A stretch of 64,000 bases of DNA from Campylobacterota bacterium (GCA_034716265.1 JAYEGK010000253.1:952-64951); one strand, 5' to 3'; shown: positions 1 to 10,597, numbered from the stretch's first letter. Program-made: numbers and translations. The notes: generated by a model not told the origin, from the sequence alone.

Positions 1-651
1 AGCTCCATTTTTTATAGCATCTACACCATCTTTAGGCTTAGACATTCCACCATTTAAAATAATAGGTATTTTTAATCGATTTTGAAACATTTTGATTAAC
101 TCTATATCATATCCATTTTGAGAACCCTCATAATCCACAGATGTTAAAAGTATCTCTCCAGCTCCATACTCTTGGTACTGTTGGGCTAAAACTAAAGGGT
201 CTATATCAAGAATACCCTTACTTTTATTAAATACTTTATAGAGACCATCTATCTTTTTAACATCTATAGAGCAAACGATAGATTGTGATCCAAATAAAGC
301 AGATGCTTTTTGTATAAAAGTTACATCATTTAAAGCGATAGAGTTAATAGCTATCTTATCTGCTCCTGCATTTAGAACTTTATAGATATCATCAACTGTT
401 TTGATACCACCACCGATAGTTAAAGGCATAAAACACTCATCTGCTATATCTCTTATAATCTCTGTATTTATCTCTTCACCCTCAAAACTTGCATCTATAT
501 CTAAAACGATAAGCTCATCTACATCTCTAGCGTTATAGATTCTTGCCGTAGAGGTTGGATGTCCAATAGTCCTAAAAGATTTAAAACCGACAGTTTTGAC
601 CAGTTGCCAATCTTTTAAAAGTACACAGGGAATAACTCTATGTTTCAACAT
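1..651 (-). CDS. HisF-like cyclase subunit of a glycan amidotransferase (WbuZ/HisF2 family), runs off the window edge
   Basis: Manual translation from ATG at 651: [53 protein letters not shown], later [15 protein letters not shown]. It follows the hisH-like and N-acetyl sugar amidotransferase genes; housekeeping hisF is separate at 24859. Confidence 0.85.
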   Translation of the reverse strand, partial: MLKHRVIPCVLLKDWQLVKTVGFKSFRTIGHPTSTARIYNARDVDELIVLDIDASFEGEEINTEIIRDIADECFMPLTIGGGIKTVDDIYKVLNAGADKIAINSIALNDVTFIQKASALFGSQSIVCSIDVKKIDGLYKVFNKSKGILDIDPLVLAQQYQEYGAGEILLTSVDYEGSQNGYDIELIKMFQNRLKIPIILNGGMSKPKDGVDAIKNGA

Positions 652-1293
652 CTATTTGATACCTTTTAGCTTTATAAAATTTTTCAATAGTTTTAAACCA
701 ACTTTTTGACTCTTTTCTGGATGAAACTGAAAAGCATAGATATTGTTTTTATGAACAGAAGATATAAAATCGCTCCCATAGTTTGTTATACTTGTGACAA
801 TATCCTCCTCTGTTTGAAAATGGTAGGAGTGTACAAAATAGAAGTCACTATCTTCTAAAATATCTTTATATAGAGGATTACTATTTTTATATAAAACATT
901 ATTCCATCCTATATGAGGCACTTTTAATAGAGTAGTATCTGAAAAATCAAACTTTACAACTCTAGCATCAATCCAGTTTAACCCATCTGTTTCGCCATTT
1001 TCATAGCTTTTTTTTGCTATTAGTTGCATCCCTAAACATATACCTAAAAATGGTTTTCGTTTATCTATCACCTCTTCATTGAGAAGTTCTATTAAGTTTA
1101 ACTCTTGAAGATGTTTCATACCATCTTTAAAAGCTCCAACACCTGGTAGAACCAATTTATCTGCACTTTTTATATCGCTATGTTTATTTGAGATGATGAC
1201 ATCGCAACCCATCTTTTGGAAAGCTTTTTGAACCGAACGTAAATTTCCCATATTGTAATCGATAATAACTATTTTATTACTTGACAATAGCAC
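652..1293 (-). CDS. HisH-like glutamine amidotransferase subunit (WbuY/HisH2)
   Basis: IIDYNMGN, LPGVGAF, GICLGMQ (catalytic Cys) and FHPEKS motifs. The true start may be a few codons downstream. Confidence 0.88.
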   Translation of the reverse strand: MLLSSNKIVIIDYNMGNLRSVQKAFQKMGCDVIISNKHSDIKSADKLVLPGVGAFKDGMKHLQELNLIELLNEEVIDKRKPFLGICLGMQLIAKKSYENGETDGLNWIDARVVKFDFSDTTLLKVPHIGWNNVLYKNSNPLYKDILEDSDFYFVHSYHFQTEEDIVTSITNYGSDFISSVHKNNIYAFQFHPEKSQKVGLKLLKNFIKLKGIK

Positions 1294-2413
1294 TCTCTTT
1301 TCTTACTAATGAACCATCAATATCTCTTAAAAAATCTCCATTTTCATCCCTTTTAAAGATACGTTTGCTTGTGTAGGAGTTTACTATCTTATCAAACTCA
1401 GATTGTGTAAATCCTGTATATTTTAGATATTTTTTAATCGCTTTTTTAGGAGGGATACCATCATACTTATTTACTAACCTTACACCCTCCTCTCGAGAGA
1501 TATAACCAAGTCTAATATCTAAACAAACATTATCTGTTGCTCTGCCAAAACCATATTTTACATATTTAAGATAATCGTGTAGATGGTTGCTATAACAATC
1601 TAAATTTTCAAAATTTTCATACGTTGTTTCAACTGCTCTATCTTGTGTTTTAAAACCATGTTCTTTGGATTTGTCAATAACTTCTCGTAAATCCCATTTA
1701 AAGTAATACCCCAAAAATAGACCTGTCACTCCCACTCTATGAATATCTTCATCACTCGCATAAGTATATAAAGAGAGATCCTTTTGTGTTAATCCATCAA
1801 CTCCAATCATATCGGAGATACGATTGCCAAGAAGACCACCAAACTCCTCTAACCAAGATCTATCTAAAGCACTTTTTGTTTTACTTGAAGCGGGTCCACC
1901 ATACTCTATCTGTGGATTTTCACCCCAAATAATGAGTGGTATATTGAAATTTACAGCAAACTTAGGAACACTTGTAAAAATTCCTAAATGATTTTGCCAC
2001 TCATTGTCACCTGTTCTTATAAAAGCCTCTTTTGCTAATTTTTTATATACAATGGGATTTTTCTTAATATGAATTAAATCAACACCTAAATTATTTAAAT
2101 TTTCAAGATTTTTTTTACCTATCTTTGTTGGTATTGTTGGTTCAAAACAGATACAGAGTGGATTCAAACCAAGCTCTAGTATCTTTATCACTTGATAGGT
2201 AGAGTCTTTACCGCCACTAACACCTATAACACAATCATAATCTGGATGCGTTTTATATTTTTGAATTAATGTTAAAAACTCCTGTTCTCTCTCCTTCCAA
2301 TCTATCTCTTGATTTTTAGATTTTTGAGATAAACAGGCATCACAAACTCCATCTTCATCAAAATGCAAATCAGGTTTTGTAGATGGCATTACACAGCTTG
2401 TACATATTTTCAT
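1277..2413 (-). CDS. N-acetyl sugar amidotransferase (WbuX/PseA-like, PP-loop)
   Basis: N-terminal CxxC...CxxC, PP-loop VSGGKDS, YLKYVKYGFGRATD; clustered with HisH/HisF paralogues next to flagellin. Confidence 0.85.
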   Translation of the reverse strand: MKICTSCVMPSTKPDLHFDEDGVCDACLSQKSKNQEIDWKEREQEFLTLIQKYKTHPDYDCVIGVSGGKDSTYQVIKILELGLNPLCICFEPTIPTKIGKKNLENLNNLGVDLIHIKKNPIVYKKLAKEAFIRTGDNEWQNHLGIFTSVPKFAVNFNIPLIIWGENPQIEYGGPASSKTKSALDRSWLEEFGGLLGNRISDMIGVDGLTQKDLSLYTYASDEDIHRVGVTGLFLGYYFKWDLREVIDKSKEHGFKTQDRAVETTYENFENLDCYSNHLHDYLKYVKYGFGRATDNVCLDIRLGYISREEGVRLVNKYDGIPPKKAIKKYLKYTGFTQSEFDKIVNSYTSKRIFKRDENGDFLRDIDGSLVRKESAIVK

Positions 2414-2467
2414 TATCGCTTACTCCAAATATAAATAACTTTTTTTGAATATTTTAGCTAAATTTAC

Positions 2468-2494
2468 TAAAGTTTATATTTTTAGTGCCGATTA
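2468..2494 (+). promoter_or_regulatory. sigma28 (FliA) promoter of flagellin
   Basis: TAAAGTTT-N11-GCCGATTA matches the sigma28 consensus, about 80 nt upstream of the flagellin ATG. Confidence 0.85.
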
Positions 2495-2501
2495 TGTAGA
2501 T

Positions 2502-2570
2502 ATATCTTGGCAAGGAAGCTAAAGATAAAAATTTAAATTGAGAGCGAAAGGCTCTTACCCAAAAAGGATT
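2502..2570 (+). promoter_or_regulatory. Flagellin 5' UTR with a GGA-loop hairpin, putative CsrA sites
   Basis: Hairpin ATCTTGGC-AAGGAA-GCTAAAGAT exposes GGA; a second GGA lies in the RBS (AAAGGATT). CsrA control of flagellin mRNA is known in Campylobacter. Confidence 0.55.
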
Positions 2571-2574
2571 TATT

Positions 2575-3411
2575 ATGGGTTTTAGAATTAATACAAATAT
2601 CGGTGCTATGAACGCACATATGAATGCTACAAAAAATAATGTTGGTCTTGATAAAAGTCTTACTTCTTTAAGTTCAGGTCTTCGTATCAATAAATCTGCA
2701 GATGATGCAGCAGGTCTTTCAATAGCTAACAAACTTTCAGCTCAATCTCAAGGTCTTGGTCAAGCTATTAGAAACTCTAATGATGCTATCGGTCTTATGC
2801 AAACAGCTGATGGTGCGATGGAAGAGTATGGTGATATCTTAAAAAGAGTTCGTGTTCTTGCTACACAAGCAGCCAATGATACTCAAGATGCTGATTCTCG
2901 TGCTTATATCTCTTTAGAGGTTACTGCATTAATGGAAGAAGCAAACGATATCTCTAATAAAACAGCTTTCAATGGTATCAAAATCTTAGATGGTGCTACT
3001 GGTGGTGATAATAGTGATGGTATATTTGTATTTCATACTGGGGCATACTCTCTTGATACTCAAACGTTAGTTATCGGTGAAACTGATACTGCTACTCTAG
3101 CTTCTGGTAGTATTTTAGTAACTACTCAAGCAGATGCAGAAGCTACTATTTCAGCAATGGATGATGGTATCAAAGCTGTAGATCAACTACGTGCGACAAT
3201 AGGTGCGGCTCAAAATAAAATAGAGTCAAATGTTAGAAATATCTCTGTAACACAAGTAAATGTTGCATCAGCAGAATCACAAATTCGTGATGTTGACTTT
3301 GCAGCTGAAAGTGCTAACTTTGCTAAACACAATATTTTAGCTCAGTCTGGTTCTTATGCTATGAGTCAAGCTAACTCTGTTCAACAAAATGTTATGAGAT
3401 TATTACAATAG
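2575..3411 (+). CDS. Flagellin (short, 278 aa)
   Basis: MGFRINTN, LSSGLRINKSADDAAG and ESQIRDVDFAAE...VMRLLQ termini. Confidence 0.97.
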   Translation: MGFRINTNIGAMNAHMNATKNNVGLDKSLTSLSSGLRINKSADDAAGLSIANKLSAQSQGLGQAIRNSNDAIGLMQTADGAMEEYGDILKRVRVLATQAANDTQDADSRAYISLEVTALMEEANDISNKTAFNGIKILDGATGGDNSDGIFVFHTGAYSLDTQTLVIGETDTATLASGSILVTTQADAEATISAMDDGIKAVDQLRATIGAAQNKIESNVRNISVTQVNVASAESQIRDVDFAAESANFAKHNILAQSGSYAMSQANSVQQNVMRLLQ

Positions 3412-3441
3412 TTTTATAACTTTTTTCAGATACCAAAGATT

Positions 3442-5448
3442 TTACTCTTTGGTATCTCTTTTCATAAATCTTTTCAAAGCACTACTATAAATCTCTTCAA
3501 TCTCAAAAAGCTCTTTAATTATTAAGTTGTTTACTCGTTTTATATGATTTTTTCTATCTTTAATATCTCTATTATTTAATAGATCTGAAAGTAAAGGTAA
3601 TGCATATCTGAAAAAATAGTCACATACCATAGTTAAATTTTTAGAATCTTTGCTATTCATCATCAAAATATCTGCTATAAAACTATAAAATATCTGCATA
3701 TGTTTACTACTATCTATCACTTTTGTTTTAGTTTGGTATTTTGAGATTAAAAGTTTCAATTTTTGTGAATTTTTCAATCTATTACTTATCGATTGCATCT
3801 GCTCTTGTGTAAGACGATAAACAGAGTTATCTAAAAATAGTTGTTTTATCTCACTGTGTAAGATAGATTTATCTAAATCTTTATATCTGCTATCTTCAAT
3901 ATTAGATATGAAAAGAGGTGTGGTATCCTCTATAAAAGCTCCATCACTTAAATTGTATATAGTTTGATTATCTCTTTTAAAGAGAGGAATAAATAGATGA
4001 AGTGATGATATAGAGGAGTAAAAGAGGGAGTTTGTATATATATTCTTCTGAAAATTACCCTTCACTTTAAATATATTTTTTCGAAGACCCATATCTTGAG
4101 AGATATTTTTTCTATTAGATATATCGATATTTTTATTATAAAAGTGTTCTGCAGAGTGTGTTGCACCTGTTTGTGCATCAAATGCTAAATCTAAACCTAC
4201 AATATATATCTCACTTGGATTAAAAAGGAGAGAAAAGATAGTTGTGAGTGAACCAACACAAGGTGTTGATATAGCATCAAATCCTTGGATATAGTCTGTA
4301 TCAAGTTGATAATAAAAGATATTCTCTTTAGTAAATCTTTTTTGAAGTGAAAGAGGGGAGATAGAGCTTAAGATGGCGATACTGTCTTTTAAAAAGAGTT
4401 TGGCATCAATATCTTCAAAGTGGGGTAATGAAGAGCTAAAACCATCTATATGAAACACTATATCTGGCTTGATATTCTCTTTATAGAGAGTTTTAAGGAC
4501 TGCACTTATCGCAATAACAACAAATTTTTGATGACTATTTTTTATAAACTCTATATTTTTTTGAAGTGATGGACCAGCAGCAACTATCAAAATAGGCTTA
4601 TCCTTAAAAAGTGTTGTATCGAGATGTTTACTCAGGTTTATAATATTTGCCTCATTTAGATACTCTAAGGGACGAATATATTTTGTTAAAATAGTTTTAT
4701 AGGGGAATGTAACAAAGGATTGGATAGCAAGTTCATTTTGAATATTTTTAATCTTCTCTTTTGAATGAACAGGAAAATGAGTGTATTTAAGATATCTATT
4801 TTCCTGTAAAGATATAGATAAAAAGTCACCAAATAGAGTTGCAAATCTCTTTTTATCGCTATCAACTGCAAAATAGAGCCTTGCTTTTTTTGCAATCTCA
4901 TAATATTTTGTTGTAAAAAGGGAGAGTCTAAAGAGTTCAAAATCATCTTCAACAATAAGATAATCATCCGCCTGAATCTTCTTACTTATAAGTGAGATAT
5001 GTCCCCCTAATCCCACACCAATAAACATATATTTAGCGATATATCTCATAGTATCATCTCTATCTGTATGTTTGAGATAATAGTTCATAATAGGAAAGAG
5101 TCCCTCTGCTCCTCTCTCCTCATCTATAAGGTTTTCCTGTTTCTCTTTGGAATAGTCAAAAATAGGAAAGCCCTCAAAGGTAAAAGAGTTCTTTTTATAA
5201 TTTACTCTATCACAAAACTGTTGCGATATCTCATTACTATCGCCTGAGTATAAAAAATTACCACTTTTTAACTCTCTAATATCAAAATACCCATCTAAAT
5301 ACTCTAAATCATAGAGTGCTATTTGTGTTCCATTTTCCAATCTAGTATTAAACTCTAAGAGTTGTTGCAATAAACTCTTTTGTGATTTTTGAAAATAGTT
5401 TAGATTTTTTTGATACGTCTCTATCGCTATTTTTTCAATATCTTGCAT
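3442..5448 (-). CDS. Motility accessory factor (Maf) flagellin glycosyltransferase family protein
   Basis: FIGVGLGGH, VEDDFELF, AAGPSL and GLDLAFD motifs; adjacent to flagellin. Confidence 0.85.
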   Translation of the reverse strand: MQDIEKIAIETYQKNLNYFQKSQKSLLQQLLEFNTRLENGTQIALYDLEYLDGYFDIRELKSGNFLYSGDSNEISQQFCDRVNYKKNSFTFEGFPIFDYSKEKQENLIDEERGAEGLFPIMNYYLKHTDRDDTMRYIAKYMFIGVGLGGHISLISKKIQADDYLIVEDDFELFRLSLFTTKYYEIAKKARLYFAVDSDKKRFATLFGDFLSISLQENRYLKYTHFPVHSKEKIKNIQNELAIQSFVTFPYKTILTKYIRPLEYLNEANIINLSKHLDTTLFKDKPILIVAAGPSLQKNIEFIKNSHQKFVVIAISAVLKTLYKENIKPDIVFHIDGFSSSLPHFEDIDAKLFLKDSIAILSSISPLSLQKRFTKENIFYYQLDTDYIQGFDAISTPCVGSLTTIFSLLFNPSEIYIVGLDLAFDAQTGATHSAEHFYNKNIDISNRKNISQDMGLRKNIFKVKGNFQKNIYTNSLFYSSISSLHLFIPLFKRDNQTIYNLSDGAFIEDTTPLFISNIEDSRYKDLDKSILHSEIKQLFLDNSVYRLTQEQMQSISNRLKNSQKLKLLISKYQTKTKVIDSSKHMQIFYSFIADILMMNSKDSKNLTMVCDYFFRYALPLLSDLLNNRDIKDRKNHIKRVNNLIIKELFEIEEIYSSALKRFMKRDTKE

Positions 5449-7379
5449 CTTATAACTTCCTTTTTATAATAGAAAATAATCTCAGTTAAATGTTCTATTA
5501 GTAGATTATGTAACTCTTTATACCTATCTTTTTCTACTCTATCTCTATTGCAAAAATCAACAATATAGCTCAATATATATCGTAAATATGTATCGATTAT
5601 ACGATTTAACTCATATTTTTTCATTTTAGAGCTATCTGCAATAGCTAAACTAAAGAGTTTTATATCCTCTAAGTTTTCTAATTTTAAAATATCTTGATAG
5701 AGATTTTCTGTATGAATTAATCTTGTTTCAATATTTTTTACATCATCTGCATCGAGTTTTATAGATATATTTTCATTACAGAGTTGAAGAAGATAGTTTT
5801 TTTCTATACTATTTTTTAAAAACTCTAGCTTTCTTGGATATAAAACCTCTGTATTATTAAATTTTGCACCATCACTAAGATTATAAACTATCTGCTCTTT
5901 ATCTTTAAATAGATGAGTAGAGCTATTAATAATATCGATGGAGGTTTTAAAGTGAGGTGTTGAGGCTATCTTAGTTTGAAAATTGCCCTCTAATTCTAAG
6001 AGTGAATCTTTATATCTCATAACAGTGTTATTGGAGCTATCTATATCTGTTTTCAATGTTTGGATAAATGGATGCCCAGTTGAGTGTGTTTGTCCCGTTT
6101 GGGAATCTATTGCTAAATCTAGACCTAAAAGATAGAGGTTTTTGACATCTAACTTTAGTAGGAGTTGGTAGGTTGCTGAACCTATACAGGGTGCAGATAT
6201 TTTTAGAGATGAATTTTTATAGTTTGTACCACTCTCAAAAAAGAATATATTTTCTTTCTTAAACATATTTACAATATCTTTTGATGTTCTTGCTGAAAAA
6301 AAGAGTAGGGTATCTTTTAAAAACTCCCTAGATTGTAACCTTTTAAAATGGATAGTTGCATTTTCAAAAGGGTCAATATTGGTAACAATATCTGGGATAA
6401 TATTATATTTTTCTAAACTATGGAGTATCGCAGAGATAGCTACTATCGTAAAGTTTTTATGATTTTCTTTTAACCACTCTCTGTTTTTTTCTAAAGAGGG
6501 TCCAGCCGCTAAGAGTAGAAAAGGTTTTTTATCTAAATTTATATCTGAAAATCCTATACCCTCTTCTAAAAATTTATAGCTATGAAAAATATACTCAAGA
6601 GGGATGGTAGATTGTGTGAGTAAAAGATTATAATAAAATAGAAGATGAGATTGTGATGTTATCGCTAGGTGGAACTGTTCTCTTTTGTTTTCACTATGGC
6701 TTAACATATGAAAATATTTAAGATAATGGTTGTAATAATACTCTGTTTTTAAAAAGAGTTCAGCACTCTCTTTAAACTCATCATTATCTTCAAAAACTGA
6801 AAAAACAACTGTTGCATCTGTTGCTATCTTTTGATAATTGATTGTAAAAAGTGATAATCTAAAGAGTTCTAAATCATCTTCAACGATTAAATAGATTTTT
6901 GATGCTATCTTTTGATGAACAGAACTAATATGTAAACCAAGTCCAACACCAAAAAAGATAAATTTATCGATATTTTTGAGAGTTGCAACACTATCAATAT
7001 TTTGTTGAATATTATCTATTATAGGTGCAAATCCACTCATATGATGAGTAAATGGAGGCATCTCTTTATATTTTTTTAGATTTTCATCACTGATTGTATA
7101 TTTTGTGAACCCTTCAAAAAGATTATCTTCTATCTTAAAATCTATACTTTGAGCGACAGAGGAGCTATAGTTTTTACTCTTTTTATTGTAAAGGTAACTA
7201 TCACTACTCTTTTCATAAACATCAAACATACCATTTTCATAAATAAGTTGATATCTCTCTTGATAGTAGCCATTTTCAACGGCACTATCTAAAGCGGAGA
7301 GTTTTTTAAAGAGTTTAGGGTGATATATCTCTATATAGGAGATATTTTTATGAAAAGTTTCTGTTATATCTTCTATCAT
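5427..7379 (-). CDS. Second Maf-family glycosyltransferase (tandem paralogue)
   Basis: Same motif set (FFGVGLGLH, AAGPSL, GLDLAID...TH). Confidence 0.85.
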   Translation of the reverse strand: MIEDITETFHKNISYIEIYHPKLFKKLSALDSAVENGYYQERYQLIYENGMFDVYEKSSDSYLYNKKSKNYSSSVAQSIDFKIEDNLFEGFTKYTISDENLKKYKEMPPFTHHMSGFAPIIDNIQQNIDSVATLKNIDKFIFFGVGLGLHISSVHQKIASKIYLIVEDDLELFRLSLFTINYQKIATDATVVFSVFEDNDEFKESAELFLKTEYYYNHYLKYFHMLSHSENKREQFHLAITSQSHLLFYYNLLLTQSTIPLEYIFHSYKFLEEGIGFSDINLDKKPFLLLAAGPSLEKNREWLKENHKNFTIVAISAILHSLEKYNIIPDIVTNIDPFENATIHFKRLQSREFLKDTLLFFSARTSKDIVNMFKKENIFFFESGTNYKNSSLKISAPCIGSATYQLLLKLDVKNLYLLGLDLAIDSQTGQTHSTGHPFIQTLKTDIDSSNNTVMRYKDSLLELEGNFQTKIASTPHFKTSIDIINSSTHLFKDKEQIVYNLSDGAKFNNTEVLYPRKLEFLKNSIEKNYLLQLCNENISIKLDADDVKNIETRLIHTENLYQDILKLENLEDIKLFSLAIADSSKMKKYELNRIIDTYLRYILSYIVDFCNRDRVEKDRYKELHNLLIEHLTEIIFYYKKEVIRCKILKK

Positions 7380-7380
7380 C

Positions 7381-8259
7381 TTATAAAACCGATAGTTTAG
7401 TGTACATCTTATTCATCAATGGAGTTTCAATATTATGTTGTAAAGCAGTTTTAACAATATATCCAGTAACTGTTTCTAGTTCTGTTTTTTTATGGTTTTG
7501 AAAATCCAGATGCATAGAGGTTGAGGAGTTATAGGGAACTTTACTCGCTGTAATCAAGGATTTTTCTATCTCATCAAATATCTCAATATTTAAACTTTTT
7601 GCTACTAGATTTATCTCATTTAAAACAGATTTTATCTCATCTTTATGGTATTGATAGATATAACCGATACTTTTATCATAATAGGAGGTAAGTGTTCCTA
7701 GTGCTGAGATAAAGATATATTTTTTCCAGAGAGCAGTTTTTATATCAGTTGGTGTTTTTATTCGTAATGCTACATTATCAAAAACAGTACCTAATATTTT
7801 AGTTGCTAAAATATCTCCACCAAAAACAGCACGAAACACTTTGCCTTGCTTACGAATAACACCATACTCCTCTATATGTGACAAGATATAGATACAGCCA
7901 TCGATTACTCTAGAGCTACTTAGTTCTCGTAAACTCTCTGCATTAGAAACACCGTTGGAAAAACTTACTATAACTGTTTTATTATCTACACAGTGAGCAA
8001 TTTTTTTATAAGAGTTACTTAAATCATAACTCTTTACACAAAACAGGACTATATCAAAATAACCCTCTGCATCATTAAGGTTTTGAGCATCGATAGATTG
8101 TGTCCAAGCATTTTCATCTTCTACTATCTTTATACCACTCTTTTGAATAGTTCTAAGATGTTCCCCTCGTGCAAAACCGATAATCTCATCGGAACCTTTA
8201 GATAAAGATGCACAGAGATAACCACCAACTCCACCAAGACCTACAACAGCTATTCGCAT
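7381..8259 (-). CDS. panE: Ketopantoate reductase family protein
   Basis: GLGGVGG Rossmann motif, CVKSYD, LWKKY, STSMHLD and ELE motifs. Confidence 0.85.
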   Translation of the reverse strand: MRIAVVGLGGVGGYLCASLSKGSDEIIGFARGEHLRTIQKSGIKIVEDENAWTQSIDAQNLNDAEGYFDIVLFCVKSYDLSNSYKKIAHCVDNKTVIVSFSNGVSNAESLRELSSSRVIDGCIYILSHIEEYGVIRKQGKVFRAVFGGDILATKILGTVFDNVALRIKTPTDIKTALWKKYIFISALGTLTSYYDKSIGYIYQYHKDEIKSVLNEINLVAKSLNIEIFDEIEKSLITASKVPYNSSTSMHLDFQNHKKTELETVTGYIVKTALQHNIETPLMNKMYTKLSVL

Positions 8260-8308
8260 TTTCTATCCTTTGAATTATTATATAATACTATCACAAAAAG
8301 GGGCTATC

Positions 8309-8890
8309 ATACCACGTATAGATAATAAACATTTTTATACCTCTGCAATAGATAGATATGGTATAACAGCTAAAGGTCTTCATTGGCATTCACAAAAGAA
8401 CCAAATGTTAAGATTTGATGCTATTTTAAAACTCCTACCAGATAATTTATCTGGTTTTTCTATTGGAGATGCAGGGTGTGGATTTGGTGATTTTTATCTC
8501 TATATGGAGCAAAAACCAAAAAAATATATAGGTATAGACTCACTCCCCAATATGCAGTTTATCGCTTCAAAAAAAACAGCTCAAAAGATTATCCTTGCCA
8601 ATATCTGTAAAGAGGAACTTCCTAAAGTTGATTATTATGTTTGTAGTGGTGCTTTAAATATTTTAACTCGTTTTGAGACCTATCAGTTTATACAAAACTG
8701 TTATAGATCCTCTAAAATAGGCTTTGTTTTTAATGCTCTTTATGGGAATAAGAGAAGTAAAATATATAACTACCTGAATAAGCAAGATATATATAAAATA
8801 GCTAAGAGTTTAGGTGTAAAAAATATCTCATTTGTAGAGAACTATTTAGATGGGGATATTACTGTTGTATTTTTAAAAACTTTATCTTGA
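8309..8890 (+). CDS. Class I SAM-dependent methyltransferase, probable start at an ATA codon
   Basis: DAGCGFGD motif I, YIGID, VCSGALN. TATAAT at 8281 and AAGGGG RBS point to a start at 8309 (ATA) rather than TTG 8270. Confidence 0.75.
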   Translation: MPRIDNKHFYTSAIDRYGITAKGLHWHSQKNQMLRFDAILKLLPDNLSGFSIGDAGCGFGDFYLYMEQKPKKYIGIDSLPNMQFIASKKTAQKIILANICKEELPKVDYYVCSGALNILTRFETYQFIQNCYRSSKIGFVFNALYGNKRSKIYNYLNKQDIYKIAKSLGVKNISFVENYLDGDITVVFLKTLS

Positions 8891-8922
8891 CTACACCATA
8901 GATTTTCAGATAATATAACTTC

Positions 8923-9516
8923 ATGAATGAAAAACTTTATGCAAAAATAGCAGATGGACTTGTCGATGATGGATATATTATTGTTGAGGATGCATTAGAT
9001 GCAAATATTGTAAATAATCTCTTAAACTCTATCAAAGATCAAGATGATTTTAAACAAGCAGGTATCTCTAATTCTGATCATTTACATATAGATAATCAAC
9101 GTCGTCGTGATAGAATAAGATGGCTTCAAGCAGAAGATGATGCTCAAAGTGACTTTTTAAAGTTTACACAAGGGTTACAGGAGTATCTAAACCGCTCCCT
9201 TTATTTAGGTTTATCCTATTATGAAGCGCATTTTGCTATCTATGATAGAGGTGATTTTTATGAAAAACATCTCGATGCCTTTAAGAACTCTAAAAATCGT
9301 GTAGTGACAACTGTTTATTATCTAAATAATGAATGGAAAGAGAGTGATGGAGGGGAACTTATAATCTACGATAAAGATGATAATAGATTAATGGAGGTCA
9401 CTCCAGATAGTAATAAATTGGTTGTTTTTATGAGTGAAAAGTTTCCCCACGAAGTGTTAAGAGCAGATAAGAAACGTTACTCTATTGCAGGATGGTTTAG
9501 GGTAGATAAAATATAA
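8923..9516 (+). CDS. 2OG-Fe(II) oxygenase (prolyl hydroxylase/EGL-9-like)
   Basis: HLD...YLN...GGEL...HEV...RYSIAGW (HxD...H triad plus Arg). Confidence 0.9.
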   Translation: MNEKLYAKIADGLVDDGYIIVEDALDANIVNNLLNSIKDQDDFKQAGISNSDHLHIDNQRRRDRIRWLQAEDDAQSDFLKFTQGLQEYLNRSLYLGLSYYEAHFAIYDRGDFYEKHLDAFKNSKNRVVTTVYYLNNEWKESDGGELIIYDKDDNRLMEVTPDSNKLVVFMSEKFPHEVLRADKKRYSIAGWFRVDKI

Positions 9517-10043
9517 TGAGAAGAGAAGCATTTAGTTTAATAGAGTTGATGGTCTCGATAAGTATCCTTTCTATTATGATGATTTTTTTATATGAAAGTT
9601 ATGGGTCGTTGAATAGGTCAAATGCCTTTTATAAAAAAGAGGTAACCAAGATTATAGATAAAGATACACTCAAGGAAATTGTTTATTTAGATTTTTCTTT
9701 AGCACTTCATAAATCGATAAAAATTCTCAATCAAGAAAAAAATGAAGATGTAGTTTTTATGCAAAGTTCACACTCTCTTCATAAAAATTATAATCCCTAT
9801 ATAGCATATATTATGAAAGAGTCTAAACTTTATAGATTGGAGTCACTGCAAAAGTTTAATAATTATCCATTGAGTAGTGATGCTCAATTTAGTGTAGATG
9901 ATTTAGGTGAGGTTACAGGGTTTAGAGTTTACAAAAGTGATAGAAAAATAAAAAACATTATTCCAGAGGTTTATTTAGTAGATATTGATTTTAAAGAAAC
10001 AGAAAATATTCTACTTAAAATCAAAGTTTTAAATGAATACTAA
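9516..10043 (+). CDS. Prepilin-type N-terminal cleavage domain protein (pseudopilin-like)
   Basis: MRREA|FSLIELMVSISIL type IV signal peptide with E+5. Confidence 0.8.
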   Translation: MRREAFSLIELMVSISILSIMMIFLYESYGSLNRSNAFYKKEVTKIIDKDTLKEIVYLDFSLALHKSIKILNQEKNEDVVFMQSSHSLHKNYNPYIAYIMKESKLYRLESLQKFNNYPLSSDAQFSVDDLGEVTGFRVYKSDRKIKNIIPEVYLVDIDFKETENILLKIKVLNEY

Positions 10044-10045
10044 CT

Positions 10046-10597
10046 ATGAAAATAACGTTAGTTAGACACGCAGAAGTTATAAAAGAGTATCAACATAGGT
10101 ATAATGGCCATATAGATATAGCACTCTCCGAAAAAGGGAAACTTGATGCACAAGAGTTAGCGCTAAAATTAAAAGATACAAAGTTTGATAAAATCTACTG
10201 TTCAGACTTAAAAAGAGCAAAACAAACACTTCTTGCCTTTGAGTTCTCCTCTCTACCCATCTTTACAAAAGAGCTTCGGGAAAAATCTTGGGGTATTCAT
10301 GAGGGAAAAAGTTTTGAAGAGATAGAGAGAAGTGGTATAAAGTATAAGAGTTTTCAACAATGGATATCGGCTCTTGATGGAGAGGATATCGATAGTTATA
10401 AAGAGAGAATAAAAAGATATTTTTACGATACTATTTTTCAACAAGATTGTAAAAATATTCTTATTGTTACCCACTCTGGTGTTATTAAAACAGTGCTTGG
10501 GATTTTAAATAATCTCGAGATAGAGGAGAGCTTCTCTTTGAGGTTTCCCTACTCCTCCTATGTTACGATAGACTCTAAAAACTATACTTTACCATAA
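10046..10597 (+). CDS. Histidine phosphatase (CobC/PGM family)
   Basis: LVRHA, SDLKRAKQT, LREKSWG and VTHSGVI motifs. Confidence 0.85.
   Translation: MKITLVRHAEVIKEYQHRYNGHIDIALSEKGKLDAQELALKLKDTKFDKIYCSDLKRAKQTLLAFEFSSLPIFTKELREKSWGIHEGKSFEEIERSGIKYKSFQQWISALDGEDIDSYKERIKRYFYDTIFQQDCKNILIVTHSGVIKTVLGILNNLEIEESFSLRFPYSSYVTIDSKNYTLP

Noticed and set aside
1-1293. Duplicate hisF/hisH as a second histidine pathway
   Set aside because: The context with an N-acetyl sugar amidotransferase marks them as known glycan-modification paralogues.
2454-2732. Minus-strand ORF over the flagellin start, and similar shadow ORFs (10253, 12573, 13917, 14988, 18058-19048, 20812, 21130, 26747, 29032, 30946, 32063, 33694, 35787, 39121, 44013, 49063, 49073, 52028, 52407, 57424, 57873, 62072-63284, 63555, and same-strand 4686)
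   Set aside because: All overlap well-supported genes antisense or out of frame and show no recognisable motifs.
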